Notes under the pieces: generated by a model
Told to the model about the DNA's origin: nothing
The model's input: only the letters and a program-made list of their open reading frames with translations
Database searches by the model: none
In this document: positions 1 through 10,415 of the stretch, piece by piece
How the letters are laid out: each line of letters starts with the position of its first letter
Numbering within the stretch: position 1 is the first letter of the stretch
Program-made: the position numbers and the translations under genes
Assembly (NCBI GenBank): GCA_030641665.1
Contig: DAOWHA010000038.1
Coordinates: forward strand, 23,857 to 87,856
DNA from: a bacterium
GTDB taxonomy: Bacteria > Patescibacteriota > Patescibacteriia > JAACEG01
Length of the DNA stretch: 64,000 nt
Direction of reading: 5' to 3'

Positions 1-168
1 TGAATGGACTAATTTTAATTAATGTTTATTATATAATCATAGGAACGAGTTATTTTTATTTTATGGAAGCTTTGACTAAGCCAAGAATAATAAGGCATTT
101 GTCAATAAGTTTAATAATTATTATTTTAACATTAGCCACGGCTAAATGGGCGTAATTAGAAAATTAGC

Positions 169-1272
169 ATGATAAACAGCAAACATCAAAATTTAATCGT
201 TATATTTTTTGTATCAATTATCGGATTTCTTGCCGGATCTTTAGGCACGCTGGTTGTTGAAAATTATCGCTTTGATCATTTAAGCCAAGATTTGCCGAAA
301 CAGATTTCTATTTTCAAGCAGAGCGATAAGATTATTAAAAATGCTTCTATGGATTTGCTGCGCAAGAATATAGTCGGGATTATTATGAAAAAAGAGAAGC
401 CGTTAAATATTTTAGCGGCTTATTATTCTCCTGAAGATATTATCGCATACGGTTTCGTTCTTACCGGCGACGGATGGATTGTGAGCGTTGATAATAGGAA
501 TTTTCATAATAAAGAAAATATTCAAAAATTAGCGATAATCACGAATAACGGAGACATTTTAGAAATAGAAAAACAAGAAATTGACAATGTGTCAAGAACT
601 GTTTTTTTAAAAGTTAATAATCCAAAAAAAGAATTTTTAGCTATGAAATTAGGAGATAGCGATAAATTAAATTTAATAGATGAATTAGCAAGCATAGATT
701 TATATGGCAGCGCTATAAAGCACAGCGTGGTAAATTTAAAAAAAATAGACGCGGTAATTCAGTCGTCTGAAAAAATAAGCGGCAGAATGATTATGAGCCA
801 AGGTTCAACTGTAGGTTTGCCGCTGATAAATTTTAATAATGAAATTATGGGAATTACAGATTATACAGACGGCAATTTTATAAAAGTTATCCCTGTAAAT
901 TATTTTAAAAATCAGATAGGACAGATTTTAAAAACAGGAAAGTTAAGCAGAGTTTTTTTAGGCGTTAGTTATATAAATTTAAGCAAATTTTCTAAAAATG
1001 AATTAAGCAAGAATTTTATCAGCGGCGACAGCGGGGCTTTAATATATTCATTAGATAAAAATATGGCAGTGGCAAAAGACAGCCCGGCGGATATAGCGGG
1101 ACTAAAATATGAAGATATTATTATTTCAATTGAAGGAGAGGAGATAAGCGCGAACAAAGATTTAAGCGAAATAATCCAAGAATACAAGCAGAATGTCAGC
1201 GTTAATATGGAAATTTTAAGAAGAGGCGAGAAAAAAGAGATAGAAGTAGATTTAGTAGAATTTGAATTTTAA
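169..1272 (+). CDS. Membrane-anchored trypsin-like serine protease (HtrA/S1C-like) with C-terminal PDZ-like region
   Basis: N-terminal TM segment; GDSGALI resembles the catalytic GDSGGP motif; the C-terminal part has a PDZ-like pattern (AGLKYEDIIISIEGEEI). The family call is weak. Confidence 0.45.
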   Translation: MINSKHQNLIVIFFVSIIGFLAGSLGTLVVENYRFDHLSQDLPKQISIFKQSDKIIKNASMDLLRKNIVGIIMKKEKPLNILAAYYSPEDIIAYGFVLTGDGWIVSVDNRNFHNKENIQKLAIITNNGDILEIEKQEIDNVSRTVFLKVNNPKKEFLAMKLGDSDKLNLIDELASIDLYGSAIKHSVVNLKKIDAVIQSSEKISGRMIMSQGSTVGLPLINFNNEIMGITDYTDGNFIKVIPVNYFKNQIGQILKTGKLSRVFLGVSYINLSKFSKNELSKNFISGDSGALIYSLDKNMAVAKDSPADIAGLKYEDIIISIEGEEISANKDLSEIIQEYKQNVSVNMEILRRGEKKEIEVDLVEFEF

Positions 1273-1463
1273 AAAGGCTTTATGTTTTTTTAATTTTGTT
1301 GTATAATAAAATAGTCAAAAGTTTATAAAGTTGAAAGTCCATAAAGTCATTAGAACTTGTGGTTTTGAAGTTGTAATTTTTTTGGAAATAAACAGGTTTA
1401 GTTTTAAAATGATTTAATTAAGTATTATTAGAATATTTTATAAAATGATTTTAGTTTAATATT

Positions 1464-2711
1464 ATGAAACATAATCAACTTATCGCCGGGCTTGATATAG
1501 GATCAAGCAAAACCCGTTTAGCTGTGGCTCAGATTGAAAAAACAGACAGCGGAGCTCAAAAAATAAATATTATCGGTTTAAGCGAAACAGCCACCGAAGG
1601 ATTTGCGAAAGGAGATGTGATAAATGTGGAAGATTTAGTTTCGTCCATATCTATTGTTTTAGAAAAAGCCGAAAGAATGATAGGATTGCCGATAGACAGT
1701 GTTTTTGCGTCAGTCGCGGGAAATCATATTATTTCAAAATTAAATAAAGGAGTTGTGGCTATTTCTAAAATTAACGGCGAGATTGGCGACGATGACATTG
1801 ATCGCGCGATTGAAACAGTAAAAACAACTGCCATTCCTCCCAATTATGAAATTATTCATATTATTCCGGCGGTTTTTAATGTTGACACTCAAAAGGGAAT
1901 AAAGGATCCGGTTGGAATGACGGGCGTAAGATTGGAAGTGGAAGCGCAGGTAATAAGCGGACTATCAGCTAGGATAAATAATTTTACGCGCGCCATTCAC
2001 CGCACGGGAGCAGACTTAGAAGATCTTGTTTTTTCCATTTTAGCCGCATCTGAAACCATACTTAACAGAAAACAGAAAGAGCTGGGGGTTATGGCTTTAG
2101 ATATGGGATATGCCATTACCAAAGGCGCTATTTTTGAAGATGGCGAAGTGATTTATACTTTTAATATTCCTATTGGCTCGTCGCATATTACCGCTGATTT
2201 AGCCATAGGATTAAGATCGTCCATAGAGACGGCGGAAATAATAAAAAGAAAAGAAGGGACATTAGATTTAGGATCTATAAGAAAAACTGATAATATTGAT
2301 TTAGAAAAATACAGCAAATCAGACAATGGAGTTTTTTCAAAAAAATATATAAACGGGATTATTGAAGCGCGCGTGGAAGAAATTTTTGCGCATATATCCC
2401 GCGAGTTAAAGCGGGCGGACAGGTTTGGGAAGCTTCCGGCGGGAGTGGTATTGACGGGCGGAGGGGCAAAGTTGCCTCATTTAGTGGAATATGCTAAACT
2501 GAAATTGAAATTGCCGGTCTCTTTGGGCTATCCTTTCGGTTTTTCCACAAGCATTGATAAAATCAATGATTTAGATTACGCTTCTGTCTGCGGGCTAATA
2601 CTTTGGGGAACTCAGGAATTAGAATCAGGGCATAATAAAGGAATGAATATAAAAAAATTTTTAAATGTTTTTAAAGGGGCAAAAGGGTGGCTAAAAAAAT
2701 TAATGCCCTGA
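1464..2711 (+). CDS. ftsA: Cell division protein FtsA
   Basis: Actin-like ATPase N-terminus (LIAGLDIGSSKTRLAV), length 415 aa, lies directly upstream of ftsZ. Confidence 0.85.
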   Translation: MKHNQLIAGLDIGSSKTRLAVAQIEKTDSGAQKINIIGLSETATEGFAKGDVINVEDLVSSISIVLEKAERMIGLPIDSVFASVAGNHIISKLNKGVVAISKINGEIGDDDIDRAIETVKTTAIPPNYEIIHIIPAVFNVDTQKGIKDPVGMTGVRLEVEAQVISGLSARINNFTRAIHRTGADLEDLVFSILAASETILNRKQKELGVMALDMGYAITKGAIFEDGEVIYTFNIPIGSSHITADLAIGLRSSIETAEIIKRKEGTLDLGSIRKTDNIDLEKYSKSDNGVFSKKYINGIIEARVEEIFAHISRELKRADRFGKLPAGVVLTGGGAKLPHLVEYAKLKLKLPVSLGYPFGFSTSIDKINDLDYASVCGLILWGTQELESGHNKGMNIKKFLNVFKGAKGWLKKLMP

Positions 2712-2757
2712 TCGATGTTTTAATTTTTTAAATTTTAAATTTACATTATATTTTTAT

Positions 2758-3963
2758 ATGGCAGAGATAAAACCGGACATTGAAACTTTTGCGAAAATAA
2801 AAGTTATCGGAGTAGGCGGCGGAGGCAACTCAGTCGTTAACCGCATGATCGGCGCTAAAATTCATGGCGTTGAGTTTTTGGCTATCAATACGGATGTGCA
2901 AGCGCTTCATAGTTCTATGGCGCCAGTTAAATTGCATATCGGCAAGACGGTAACGCGCGGGCTTGGCGCTGGAATGAACCCTGAATTAGGCCGCCGCGCA
3001 GCGGAAGAAAGCCAAAATGAAATAAGGGATATTTTAAAAGGCGCTGATATGGTGTTTATCACTTGCGGATTAGGAGGCGGAACAGGGAGCGGGGCTTCTC
3101 CTATTGTGGCTGAAATAGCGCGAGACTTAGGAGCTTTAACCATAGCTGTTGTCACTAAGCCATTCTCCTTTGAGGGTGTTAAAAGAACTGAAATCGCCAA
3201 GCAGGCGCTTGAAGATCTTAGCAAGAAAGTTGACGCGATTATTACCATACCGAACGACAAGTTGTTAAAAGTGATTGATAAAAAAACATCGCTATTAGAC
3301 GCTTTTTCCGTGTCAGACAATGTTTTGCTGCACGGAGTTCGCGGCGTCGCGGAGCTGATTACTGTTCCAGGATTAATCAATGTTGATTTTGCGGATGTTA
3401 AAGCGATAATGTCAGAAACAGGATCTTCGCTAATGGGATTGGGAAAAGCCAGCGGAGAAAACAGAGCAGTTGAAGCCGCAAAACTGGCAATTGAAAATTC
3501 TTTATTGGATCTGTCTATCAACGGCGCGAAAGGAGTGCTTTTTACGATTTCTGGCAGCCCTGATTTAAGCATGCACGAAGTGAATGAAGCCGCGCAGATT
3601 ATCACTAAATCAGCCGATCCCAGTGCTAAAATTATTTTTGGCGCGATTATAGACGAGAGTTTAAAAGATACCGTAAAAATAACGGTTGTAGCAACTGGAT
3701 TCGGTGATTCGCCAGGTCCTATAAATAAAGATGAAGTTTTGGACGCGGATGAAAATTTTATGGCTGAAAATTTTTCAATAAATTCAGAAAACAGTTTACA
3801 AGGCAAGAAAAAATTTTCTAAAAAAGAAGAAGATGGTGTTTTTACAAAGACAGATGAGGGTGAAAATAATATTATAGATGAAAATGAAACAGATAATACT
3901 GATGATATTAATGGCGACGAACTGGATATCCCGGCGTTTATCCGCAAAAAAATGGTTTCATAA
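2758..3963 (+). CDS. ftsZ: Cell division GTPase FtsZ
   Basis: GVGGGGNSVVNRM and GLGGGTGSGA tubulin-signature motifs; long acidic C-terminal tail. Confidence 0.95.
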   Translation: MAEIKPDIETFAKIKVIGVGGGGNSVVNRMIGAKIHGVEFLAINTDVQALHSSMAPVKLHIGKTVTRGLGAGMNPELGRRAAEESQNEIRDILKGADMVFITCGLGGGTGSGASPIVAEIARDLGALTIAVVTKPFSFEGVKRTEIAKQALEDLSKKVDAIITIPNDKLLKVIDKKTSLLDAFSVSDNVLLHGVRGVAELITVPGLINVDFADVKAIMSETGSSLMGLGKASGENRAVEAAKLAIENSLLDLSINGAKGVLFTISGSPDLSMHEVNEAAQIITKSADPSAKIIFGAIIDESLKDTVKITVVATGFGDSPGPINKDEVLDADENFMAENFSINSENSLQGKKKFSKKEEDGVFTKTDEGENNIIDENETDNTDDINGDELDIPAFIRKKMVS

Positions 3964-3998
3964 AAATAATTTTAATATTGTGATATTAACTAAACTAT

Positions 3999-4241
3999 AT
4001 GCAAAAAAAAGAATTTTTTAATAATCAATCCGCAGATATGACATCGCTTGATACAGAGGAGACGATAAAAAAAATAAAAGAATTAAAAGAATTAAAAAAC
4101 AGTAAATTAACAGAGAAAGAGACCGAAAAACTATTTACATTAAAAGAGATTGTGAAAAATGGCGGATATTTAACAGAAGAGGAAATGGAAATTTATAAAA
4201 GATTAGAGGAAAAAATGTCATCAAAACAGCCTGTTCAATAA
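3999..4241 (+). CDS. Hypothetical small K/E-rich protein
   Basis: ORF with plausible start; no recognisable motif. Confidence 0.3.
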   Translation: MQKKEFFNNQSADMTSLDTEETIKKIKELKELKNSKLTEKETEKLFTLKEIVKNGGYLTEEEMEIYKRLEEKMSSKQPVQ

Positions 4242-4323
4242 TTATTTAGAGGATTTTTGCGATTTAAAAAGCATCTTTTCAATAAAGATGCTTGTTTATT
4301 TAAAATTTTAACAAGTATAACTT

Positions 4324-4674
4324 ATGCAAAAAATACAAGAAGTGTTTAATCGTATTCAGGTGTCTAAAAAAGAACAAAGAAAAATAAAAACTGTTTTTAA
4401 AGACGCTTTAGACAGTTCAGCAGAATATCAAAAGGCAGACGAAGATTGCAAGAACGCGAGAAACGCAAAAAAACAGATAAAAGATAAAATAGAATCTGAT
4501 TTTAAGAGCGAGTTTGACAAGTTGGATAAAATTAAAATGGATATAGAAACTGATAATATTTTGTTAAGCGATATGGCAATAAATTGCATAACAAAAGGCG
4601 AGCCGATAGAGATTTCAGACGATTATCAAAACAGATACGAACCGCTGATTAGCGTTAAATTTAAAAAGATATAA
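4324..4674 (+). CDS. Hypothetical protein
   Basis: ORF of 116 aa, no recognisable motif. Confidence 0.3.
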   Translation: MQKIQEVFNRIQVSKKEQRKIKTVFKDALDSSAEYQKADEDCKNARNAKKQIKDKIESDFKSEFDKLDKIKMDIETDNILLSDMAINCITKGEPIEISDDYQNRYEPLISVKFKKI

Positions 4675-4686
4675 ATTACCGCGAAC

Positions 4687-4775
4687 TGTCTTTGCGAGGA
4701 GGCGATAGCCGACGAAGCCACACCTAACTGGTAGTCACCCGACAGGATGACAATCCCATTACTGAGCGAAAAAAT
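4687..4775. mobile_element. MITE-like repeat family A, truncated copy A1 (left TIR plus internal hairpin module only)
   Basis: TGTCTTTGCGAGGAGGCGATAGCC...GGTCACCCGACAGGATGACAAT is shared with copies at 13446, 20318 and 38838; overlaps the 3' end of the malic enzyme gene. Confidence 0.6.
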
Positions 4776-5946
4776 CTTTATTACAAACTCTATCCCGCTG
4801 TTCCGCCGCGTTTTTTACAGCGCGCGCGACTGCGAGATGAACTTTTTTATTTAAGACAGCTGGGATAAAATTATTTCTTTTCGGCGTTTTAATAAAGCTG
4901 GCAATAGCAAAACTTGCGGCAAGCTTCATTTTTTTGGTAATTCGCAAAGCCCTTGCGTCTATCGCGCCTCTGAATATTCCGGGAAAGGCAAGCGCGTTAT
5001 TTATTTGATTTGGAAAATCAGATCTGCCAGTAGCAACTATAAACGCTCCGCCATTGAGAGCTTCGGTTGGAAAAATTTCAGGTGTAGGATTTGCCAAAGC
5101 GAATATTATCGGTTTTTTATTCATAGATTTAATCCACTCTTTCTTTAAAACATTCGGCGCTGATACGCCTATAAAAATATCCGCGTTTTTTAAAGCGTCA
5201 GGCAATCCGCCGTCTATATTTTTTTTATTCGTAATTCTAGCAATGTCTTGCTTATAGGCATTGTTTTTTATATCAGATCTGTTTGAATAGATAACTCCTT
5301 TTGTATCGCAAACTAAAAAATCTTTTACGCCTGCGGAATGCAGTAATTTCAAAATAGCATAACCAGCGGATCCCGCGCCATTAATCACAATTTTTATATT
5401 TGTAATATTTTTATTAGTTATTTTCAAGGCATTTATCAATGAAGCCAAGACAACCACTGCTGTTCCGTGCTGGTCGTCGTGCATAACTGGAATTCCGATA
5501 TTTTGCAGTTTTTTTTCTATTTCAAAGCATCGCGGCGCGGAAATATCTTCTAAATTTATTGCGGCAAAATTAGGCGATATATTTTTTACTAATTTAATTA
5601 TCTCTTCGCTATTTTGCGTTTTTATGCAGATTGGAAAAGCGTCAATGTTAGCGAATTTTTTAAAAAGCGCTGCTTTTCCTTCCATTACGGGAATGGCTGC
5701 CAAAGCGCCGATATTGCCCAAGCCCAAAACAGCAGATCCGTCGCTCACGACCGCTAAAGAATTAGCTTTCATTGTCATTTCATACGCTTTTTTTTCGTCT
5801 TTGTAAATTTGCCTACTTATCTCCGCAACTCCAGGAGTATAAACAGTTGATAAAGTTTGCTTATTACTAATTGGAACTTTTAATTTAATCTCAATTTTGC
5901 CTCTATGCTTTTTATACAAGGCAATCGCTTTTTTATTATAATCCAT
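4759..5946 (-). CDS. NAD(P)-dependent malic enzyme (malate dehydrogenase, oxaloacetate-decarboxylating)
   Basis: N-terminal LSTVYTPGVAEISRQI and VVSDGSAVLGLGNIG motifs typical of malic enzymes; Rossmann GAGSAG. Confidence 0.8.
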   Translation of the reverse strand: MDYNKKAIALYKKHRGKIEIKLKVPISNKQTLSTVYTPGVAEISRQIYKDEKKAYEMTMKANSLAVVSDGSAVLGLGNIGALAAIPVMEGKAALFKKFANIDAFPICIKTQNSEEIIKLVKNISPNFAAINLEDISAPRCFEIEKKLQNIGIPVMHDDQHGTAVVVLASLINALKITNKNITNIKIVINGAGSAGYAILKLLHSAGVKDFLVCDTKGVIYSNRSDIKNNAYKQDIARITNKKNIDGGLPDALKNADIFIGVSAPNVLKKEWIKSMNKKPIIFALANPTPEIFPTEALNGGAFIVATGRSDFPNQINNALAFPGIFRGAIDARALRITKKMKLAASFAIASFIKTPKRNNFIPAVLNKKVHLAVARAVKNAAEQRDRVCNKDFFAQ

Positions 5947-6031
5947 AGTTTTTAAAATTTGTCTTGTTTATTTTTTTAATTTATTATATCATAATTTTAA
6001 AAGAGGGGAATATTAAGATATTTTTTTGTCT

Positions 6032-6209
6032 TGTCTTTGCGAGGAGCTGAACGAGTGAAACGAGTGAGGTGCGACGAAGCAATCTCGTTAATAACCGCAC
6101 AAACTATACAAAAATATAAACAAAATTGTAATCATAGACTTGTTCGCCCAGTAATGAGATTGCTTCGTCGCTCTCTCTCACTGTGTTCGTTTGGCTCCTC
6201 GCAAAGACA
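6032..6209. mobile_element. MITE-like repeat family A, full copy A2
   Basis: Terminal inverted repeats TGTCTTTGCGAGGAGC / GCTCCTCGCAAAGACA; nested inverted repeat GACGAAGCAATCTC / GAGATTGCTTCGTC. Confidence 0.7.
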
Positions 6210-6274
6210 GTGTAGAAAAATTCGCAAAGACAGATGGGAAAGAAGGGTTTAAGTTTAATATCAAATTTAAAATT

Positions 6275-7477
6275 ATGTCAGAAATAAAAATAATATTAGA
6301 AAATAATCTTGGTAAAGAGATTATTTTTGAAGATCCTGTTAAAGACAAAAAAGACGATCCGGAATATTTTGATAATTTAAGAAAATCAGGAGCAAATCCG
6401 ATGCCGCTTTCCGCCCCGCTTGGAAAGAAAATTAAATTATCAATATTCGGAGATTCTCACGGAAAAAAAATCGGGTTTTTTCTTGACGGAATTCCAAAAA
6501 ATATTAAAATCAGCAAGAAAGAGATACAGGGCGAAGTTGACAAAAGAAGAAGCGTGAGTGGATTGTCAACCGCGCGGCAGGAAGCCGACGAAATACGAAT
6601 TATCAGCGGAATTGAAAACGGGCAGACAACTGGCGAAAAAATCAGGATAGAAATTTTTAACACGAGCATTCATTCAAAATCGTATGAAAATATAAGATTA
6701 ACTCCGCGTCCGGGACATGCGGATTTTACCGCAAGGGCGAAATACGCCAGCGTTTTCGATTATCGCGGCGGCGGTTTCGCTTCTGGGCGAATGACTGCCT
6801 GTATGGTGGCTGCGGGCGCGATTGCAAAGAAAATTTTAAAAAATAGAGGCGTTGAGATCTGCGCTTTTACAAAACAGATTGGAAATATCGCGCTAAATAA
6901 AGAGTTAAGTTTTGCTGAAATCAAGAAAAACGCTTATTCTAATTTAGTAAGATGCCCAGATAAAGCGATTGCGGAAAAAATGGTTCAGGAGATAGAAAAG
7001 GCAAAAAGCAAAAAGGATTCTATCGGCGGAATTGTTGAATGCGTAATTGATGGCTTGCCTGTCGGTTTAGGCGAACCGCTGTTTAATTCCGTAGAAAGCG
7101 TTTTATCTCACGCTATGTTTTCAATTCCAGCAGTAAAAGGCATGGAGTTCGGGGCTGGTTTTCATGCAGCCGCGATGCGCGGAAGCGAACATAACGACCC
7201 TTTTTATATTGATAAAAATGGAAATATTAAGACAAAAACAAACAGCTCAGGCGGAATTTTAGGAGGAATTACAAATTCAATGCCTGTTGTTTTTCGGCTG
7301 GCGATAAAACCGACTGCGTCAATCGGAATTAAGCAGGACACAGTAAATATTAAAACTCTAAAAAACGAAAAAATAACAATCAGCGGACGGCACGATCCGT
7401 GCATCGTAATAAGAGTTCCCCCGGTAGCAGAAGCGCTGTCCGCGCTGGTTATGCTGGATTTATGGGAGAGAAAATAG
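6275..7477 (+). CDS. aroC: Chorismate synthase
   Basis: FGDSHG and RPGHADF chorismate synthase motifs. The ORF-track start at 6191 lies inside the MITE, so I take ATG 6275 (or a later Met) as the likelier start. Confidence 0.85.
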   Translation: MSEIKIILENNLGKEIIFEDPVKDKKDDPEYFDNLRKSGANPMPLSAPLGKKIKLSIFGDSHGKKIGFFLDGIPKNIKISKKEIQGEVDKRRSVSGLSTARQEADEIRIISGIENGQTTGEKIRIEIFNTSIHSKSYENIRLTPRPGHADFTARAKYASVFDYRGGGFASGRMTACMVAAGAIAKKILKNRGVEICAFTKQIGNIALNKELSFAEIKKNAYSNLVRCPDKAIAEKMVQEIEKAKSKKDSIGGIVECVIDGLPVGLGEPLFNSVESVLSHAMFSIPAVKGMEFGAGFHAAAMRGSEHNDPFYIDKNGNIKTKTNSSGGILGGITNSMPVVFRLAIKPTASIGIKQDTVNIKTLKNEKITISGRHDPCIVIRVPPVAEALSALVMLDLWERK

Positions 7478-7601
7478 TTTCATCGGATAAAATAATTATT
7501 TTAAAGGAAAGAATGTAAAGGGTGATATTGAGTTGCTTGAAAAAGCAATGATTTTAAAAAATAATAAACAATAAAATGATTAAAAAGAAAAATATAAAAA
7601 A

Positions 7602-8771
7602 ATGAATTTTGAAACAGAAAAATTTAATAATAATCAGGAGTCGCCTGAAAATACCGCGAGATCAATCGCGCAGGGCGGTAATTTTAATGAAATAGAAAAA
7701 GAGCTTAAAAAAAAGGGGCTGTTTGATAATGAAAAAACGCGCGTAAAAGAATTTTTCAAAGAGCGTATTGATTTCTCCGATTTTCCAACAAAATACGAAG
7801 CGCTTTGCGAATTATTAACAATTCAAGAATTGCATGATCCTAATACGGCTGAACATGGCGTTAAAACATATCAAATAGCCAAAGAAAAAGTTGAAAAAGC
7901 GCTTTCTGGAAATATTGTGCTTTCGCGAATAATTGAAGAAGAAGGCGTTGAGATTGAGCGTTTTAAGTTTGCCTGCCTAACTCATGATATCGGCAAGATT
8001 GAAATTCCTCATTTTATTATCAAAAATACCATTAAAAAAAATGAGTGGGATAAAATATTTATTGATATAATTAAACAAGAGCAAATAACTAAAGAGATGC
8101 TCGCTAAATTTGATTTTGAGCCGAAAAGCAACCCGAATAAAGATGAACTATTAGCGCGCATGAAAGAGAAAAATCTTCGCGCGAACCAAATCGTTCCAAT
8201 AAATATGGCGATAAGCAAGGAGGAGGCAAAAGAGTTAGAAGAAAAATGGAATATTTCAACTGATATTTCTTTAATGGATATTATTGACAAGCATGCTGAA
8301 TTTTCCGAGCGCATTCTTCGTGAAAAAGGTTTCCCTGTAGTAGCTGAAATTGCAGGACAGCATCATCATAAAAAAGACGAGGAATCTTATCCTGTTGCCA
8401 TCAGTTCTTTACAGATTAGCGCGGATATGGCTGACATTCTTCACCTTGCCGATGTTAAACAAGCGCTTGAAGGCCATAGGCAATATCAACAAGAGGAATA
8501 TTCAGAGATTAAAGTCGTAAAAATACTTATTGAGCATGCGTATGAAAAAAAGATTGGCAAAGAAATTGCGTATTTATGGATTAAAGATGAATATGAAAAA
8601 TTAAAAAAGCAAGACGCCCTTAATAATCTTGATTTTAAAGAAAAAAAGATGCAACAAATTATTAATGATTTTATTGCTAAGTTTGAAACAGGTGACGGTG
8701 AATATAAACAGGATTTAGATGATTGGTATAAAAAGCATAATAGATTTTCTGATAATAGGCTTGCCGCGTAA
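7602..8771 (+). CDS. HDIG-domain metal-dependent phosphohydrolase
   Basis: HD-domain motifs AEHGVKTY and FACLTHDIGK; embedded between aroC and aroA. Confidence 0.55.
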   Translation: MNFETEKFNNNQESPENTARSIAQGGNFNEIEKELKKKGLFDNEKTRVKEFFKERIDFSDFPTKYEALCELLTIQELHDPNTAEHGVKTYQIAKEKVEKALSGNIVLSRIIEEEGVEIERFKFACLTHDIGKIEIPHFIIKNTIKKNEWDKIFIDIIKQEQITKEMLAKFDFEPKSNPNKDELLARMKEKNLRANQIVPINMAISKEEAKELEEKWNISTDISLMDIIDKHAEFSERILREKGFPVVAEIAGQHHHKKDEESYPVAISSLQISADMADILHLADVKQALEGHRQYQQEEYSEIKVVKILIEHAYEKKIGKEIAYLWIKDEYEKLKKQDALNNLDFKEKKMQQIINDFIAKFETGDGEYKQDLDDWYKKHNRFSDNRLAA

Positions 8772-8788
8772 ATATGAAATAAATAAAA

Positions 8789-10090
8789 ATGAATCAGAAG
8801 AAAGTTTTAAAAATTGAGAATAAAATAAACGCGGAAATTTTTTTGCCCGGGAGCAAGTCTATTACTTTGCGGGATTTCGTTTTGGCAAGCTTGGCAAATG
8901 GCGAAAGCGAAATTTTGCGCCCGGCAGAATGCGATGACGCGGATAGAATGATAGAAGCGCTAAAAGAATTAGGAATTAAAATTGAAAAAATTAGCGGAGG
9001 GCTGAAAATTTTCGGGCAGGTAGGCAAGTTTGCCAGCGGAGAGAAAAAGCTGTATTTAGGCGGAAGCGGTGTTTCAACCCGCCTTCTTTTGGCTGTAGCG
9101 GCGCTGCGAAAACAGAAAACCGTAATAGACGGGAATGAATCTTTGCGCGCGCGTCCGAATAAATATTTGATAGATTCTTTAAAAGAACTTGGCGCTGAAA
9201 TAAAATCGCGAAATGGATTTTTACCGCTTGAAATTATCGGCAGAGAAAATTTAAAGTCAAAAATAAAAATGAAAGGCGATTTGTCCAGCCAGTATTTTAC
9301 AGCGCTTCTGCAGATTGCGCCTGTTTTGTCGAAAGGATTAAAAATTGAAGTTGAGGGGAATTTAACAAGCAAGCCGTATATTGATATAACTGTCAATGAG
9401 ATGAAAAAGTTCGGCGCGGTTGTTGAAAACAGCAATTACAGAAGTTTTTTTGTCCAGTCGCAAAAATATAAGCCAGCAAAAATTATTGTTGAAGGAGACG
9501 CGTCTGCCGCCTCATATTTTATGGCATTAGCGGCAATTCACGGAGGAAAAATAATTTTAAAAAATTTAGGCAAAAATAGCGTCCAAGGAGATTTTAAATT
9601 TTATAAAGTTTGTGAAAAGTTGGGCGCGAAAGTTGAATTAAGCGATAGCGAGATAAAAATTACAGGTTCGCGAAACGGAAAATTAGACAGTTTAAAAGAG
9701 ATAAATATGGAGGATATTCCCGACACAGCGACAACCTTAATGGCGATAGCCCCGTTTATTCCCGGCAAAACTTTAATTACTGGAATTGCCAATTTAAAAC
9801 TAAAAGAATGCGATCGCATTTCAGCGCCGGTAGCTGAATTAAAAAAATTAGGCGTAAAAGTCAGGGAGGGAAAAGATTTTATTGAGATAGATGAAAAAAA
9901 GGATTTTAGCGATGTTGATTTATCTAAAATAAGCATTGATACTTATGATGACCATAGAATGGCAATGAGTTTCGCTATTTTGGGAACAAAAATAGGAAAT
10001 CTAAAAATCAACGATCCGTCATGCGTCAATAAAACTTTCCCGAGTTTTTGGGAAATATTGGAGCAAAAAACAACCGTTGACAAGAAATAA
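8789..10090 (+). CDS. aroA: 3-phosphoshikimate 1-carboxyvinyltransferase (EPSP synthase)
   Basis: LPGSKSITLR motif; EPSP synthase length and domain pattern. Confidence 0.9.
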   Translation: MNQKKVLKIENKINAEIFLPGSKSITLRDFVLASLANGESEILRPAECDDADRMIEALKELGIKIEKISGGLKIFGQVGKFASGEKKLYLGGSGVSTRLLLAVAALRKQKTVIDGNESLRARPNKYLIDSLKELGAEIKSRNGFLPLEIIGRENLKSKIKMKGDLSSQYFTALLQIAPVLSKGLKIEVEGNLTSKPYIDITVNEMKKFGAVVENSNYRSFFVQSQKYKPAKIIVEGDASAASYFMALAAIHGGKIILKNLGKNSVQGDFKFYKVCEKLGAKVELSDSEIKITGSRNGKLDSLKEINMEDIPDTATTLMAIAPFIPGKTLITGIANLKLKECDRISAPVAELKKLGVKVREGKDFIEIDEKKDFSDVDLSKISIDTYDDHRMAMSFAILGTKIGNLKINDPSCVNKTFPSFWEILEQKTTVDKK

Positions 10091-10415
10091 ATTTCATTTA
10101 AGATAAATAAAAAAATTGTTCTTTCATTATTTCCGAAATAGGGAATAATCATAGATAAAAGGCAGGGAAACAAAAATAGAAATAAAAATAGAAAAAAACA
10201 CCTAAAAACATACAAAAATAGACAAAACTCTCTAAAAAATAGGCAGAAGAGCGGGGTTTTTGTTGTCTAAAAATAGGAAAAACAAAATAGCGATTTTTGG
10301 ATTATAAGTTGGATTATAAAATCGTTTTCTGTTTTATTTAACTTTAAACTTTAAAATTAATTTTTAAAAAAATAATTTTATAATTCAAATTTAATTTTTA
10401 ATTTTATAACATTAT

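Noticed and set aside
2907-3947. 346-aa ORF antisense to ftsZ
   Set aside because: It fully overlaps a confidently identified, highly conserved gene on the other strand. Its Ser/Pro/Ala-rich low-complexity translation is typical of antisense frames.
6031-6252. 73-aa ORF (MSLRGAERVKRVRCDEA...) and the 6191 start of the aroC ORF
   Set aside because: Both lie inside MITE-like copy A2. The reading frame is generated by the repeat's palindromes, and aroC has a clean downstream start at 6275.
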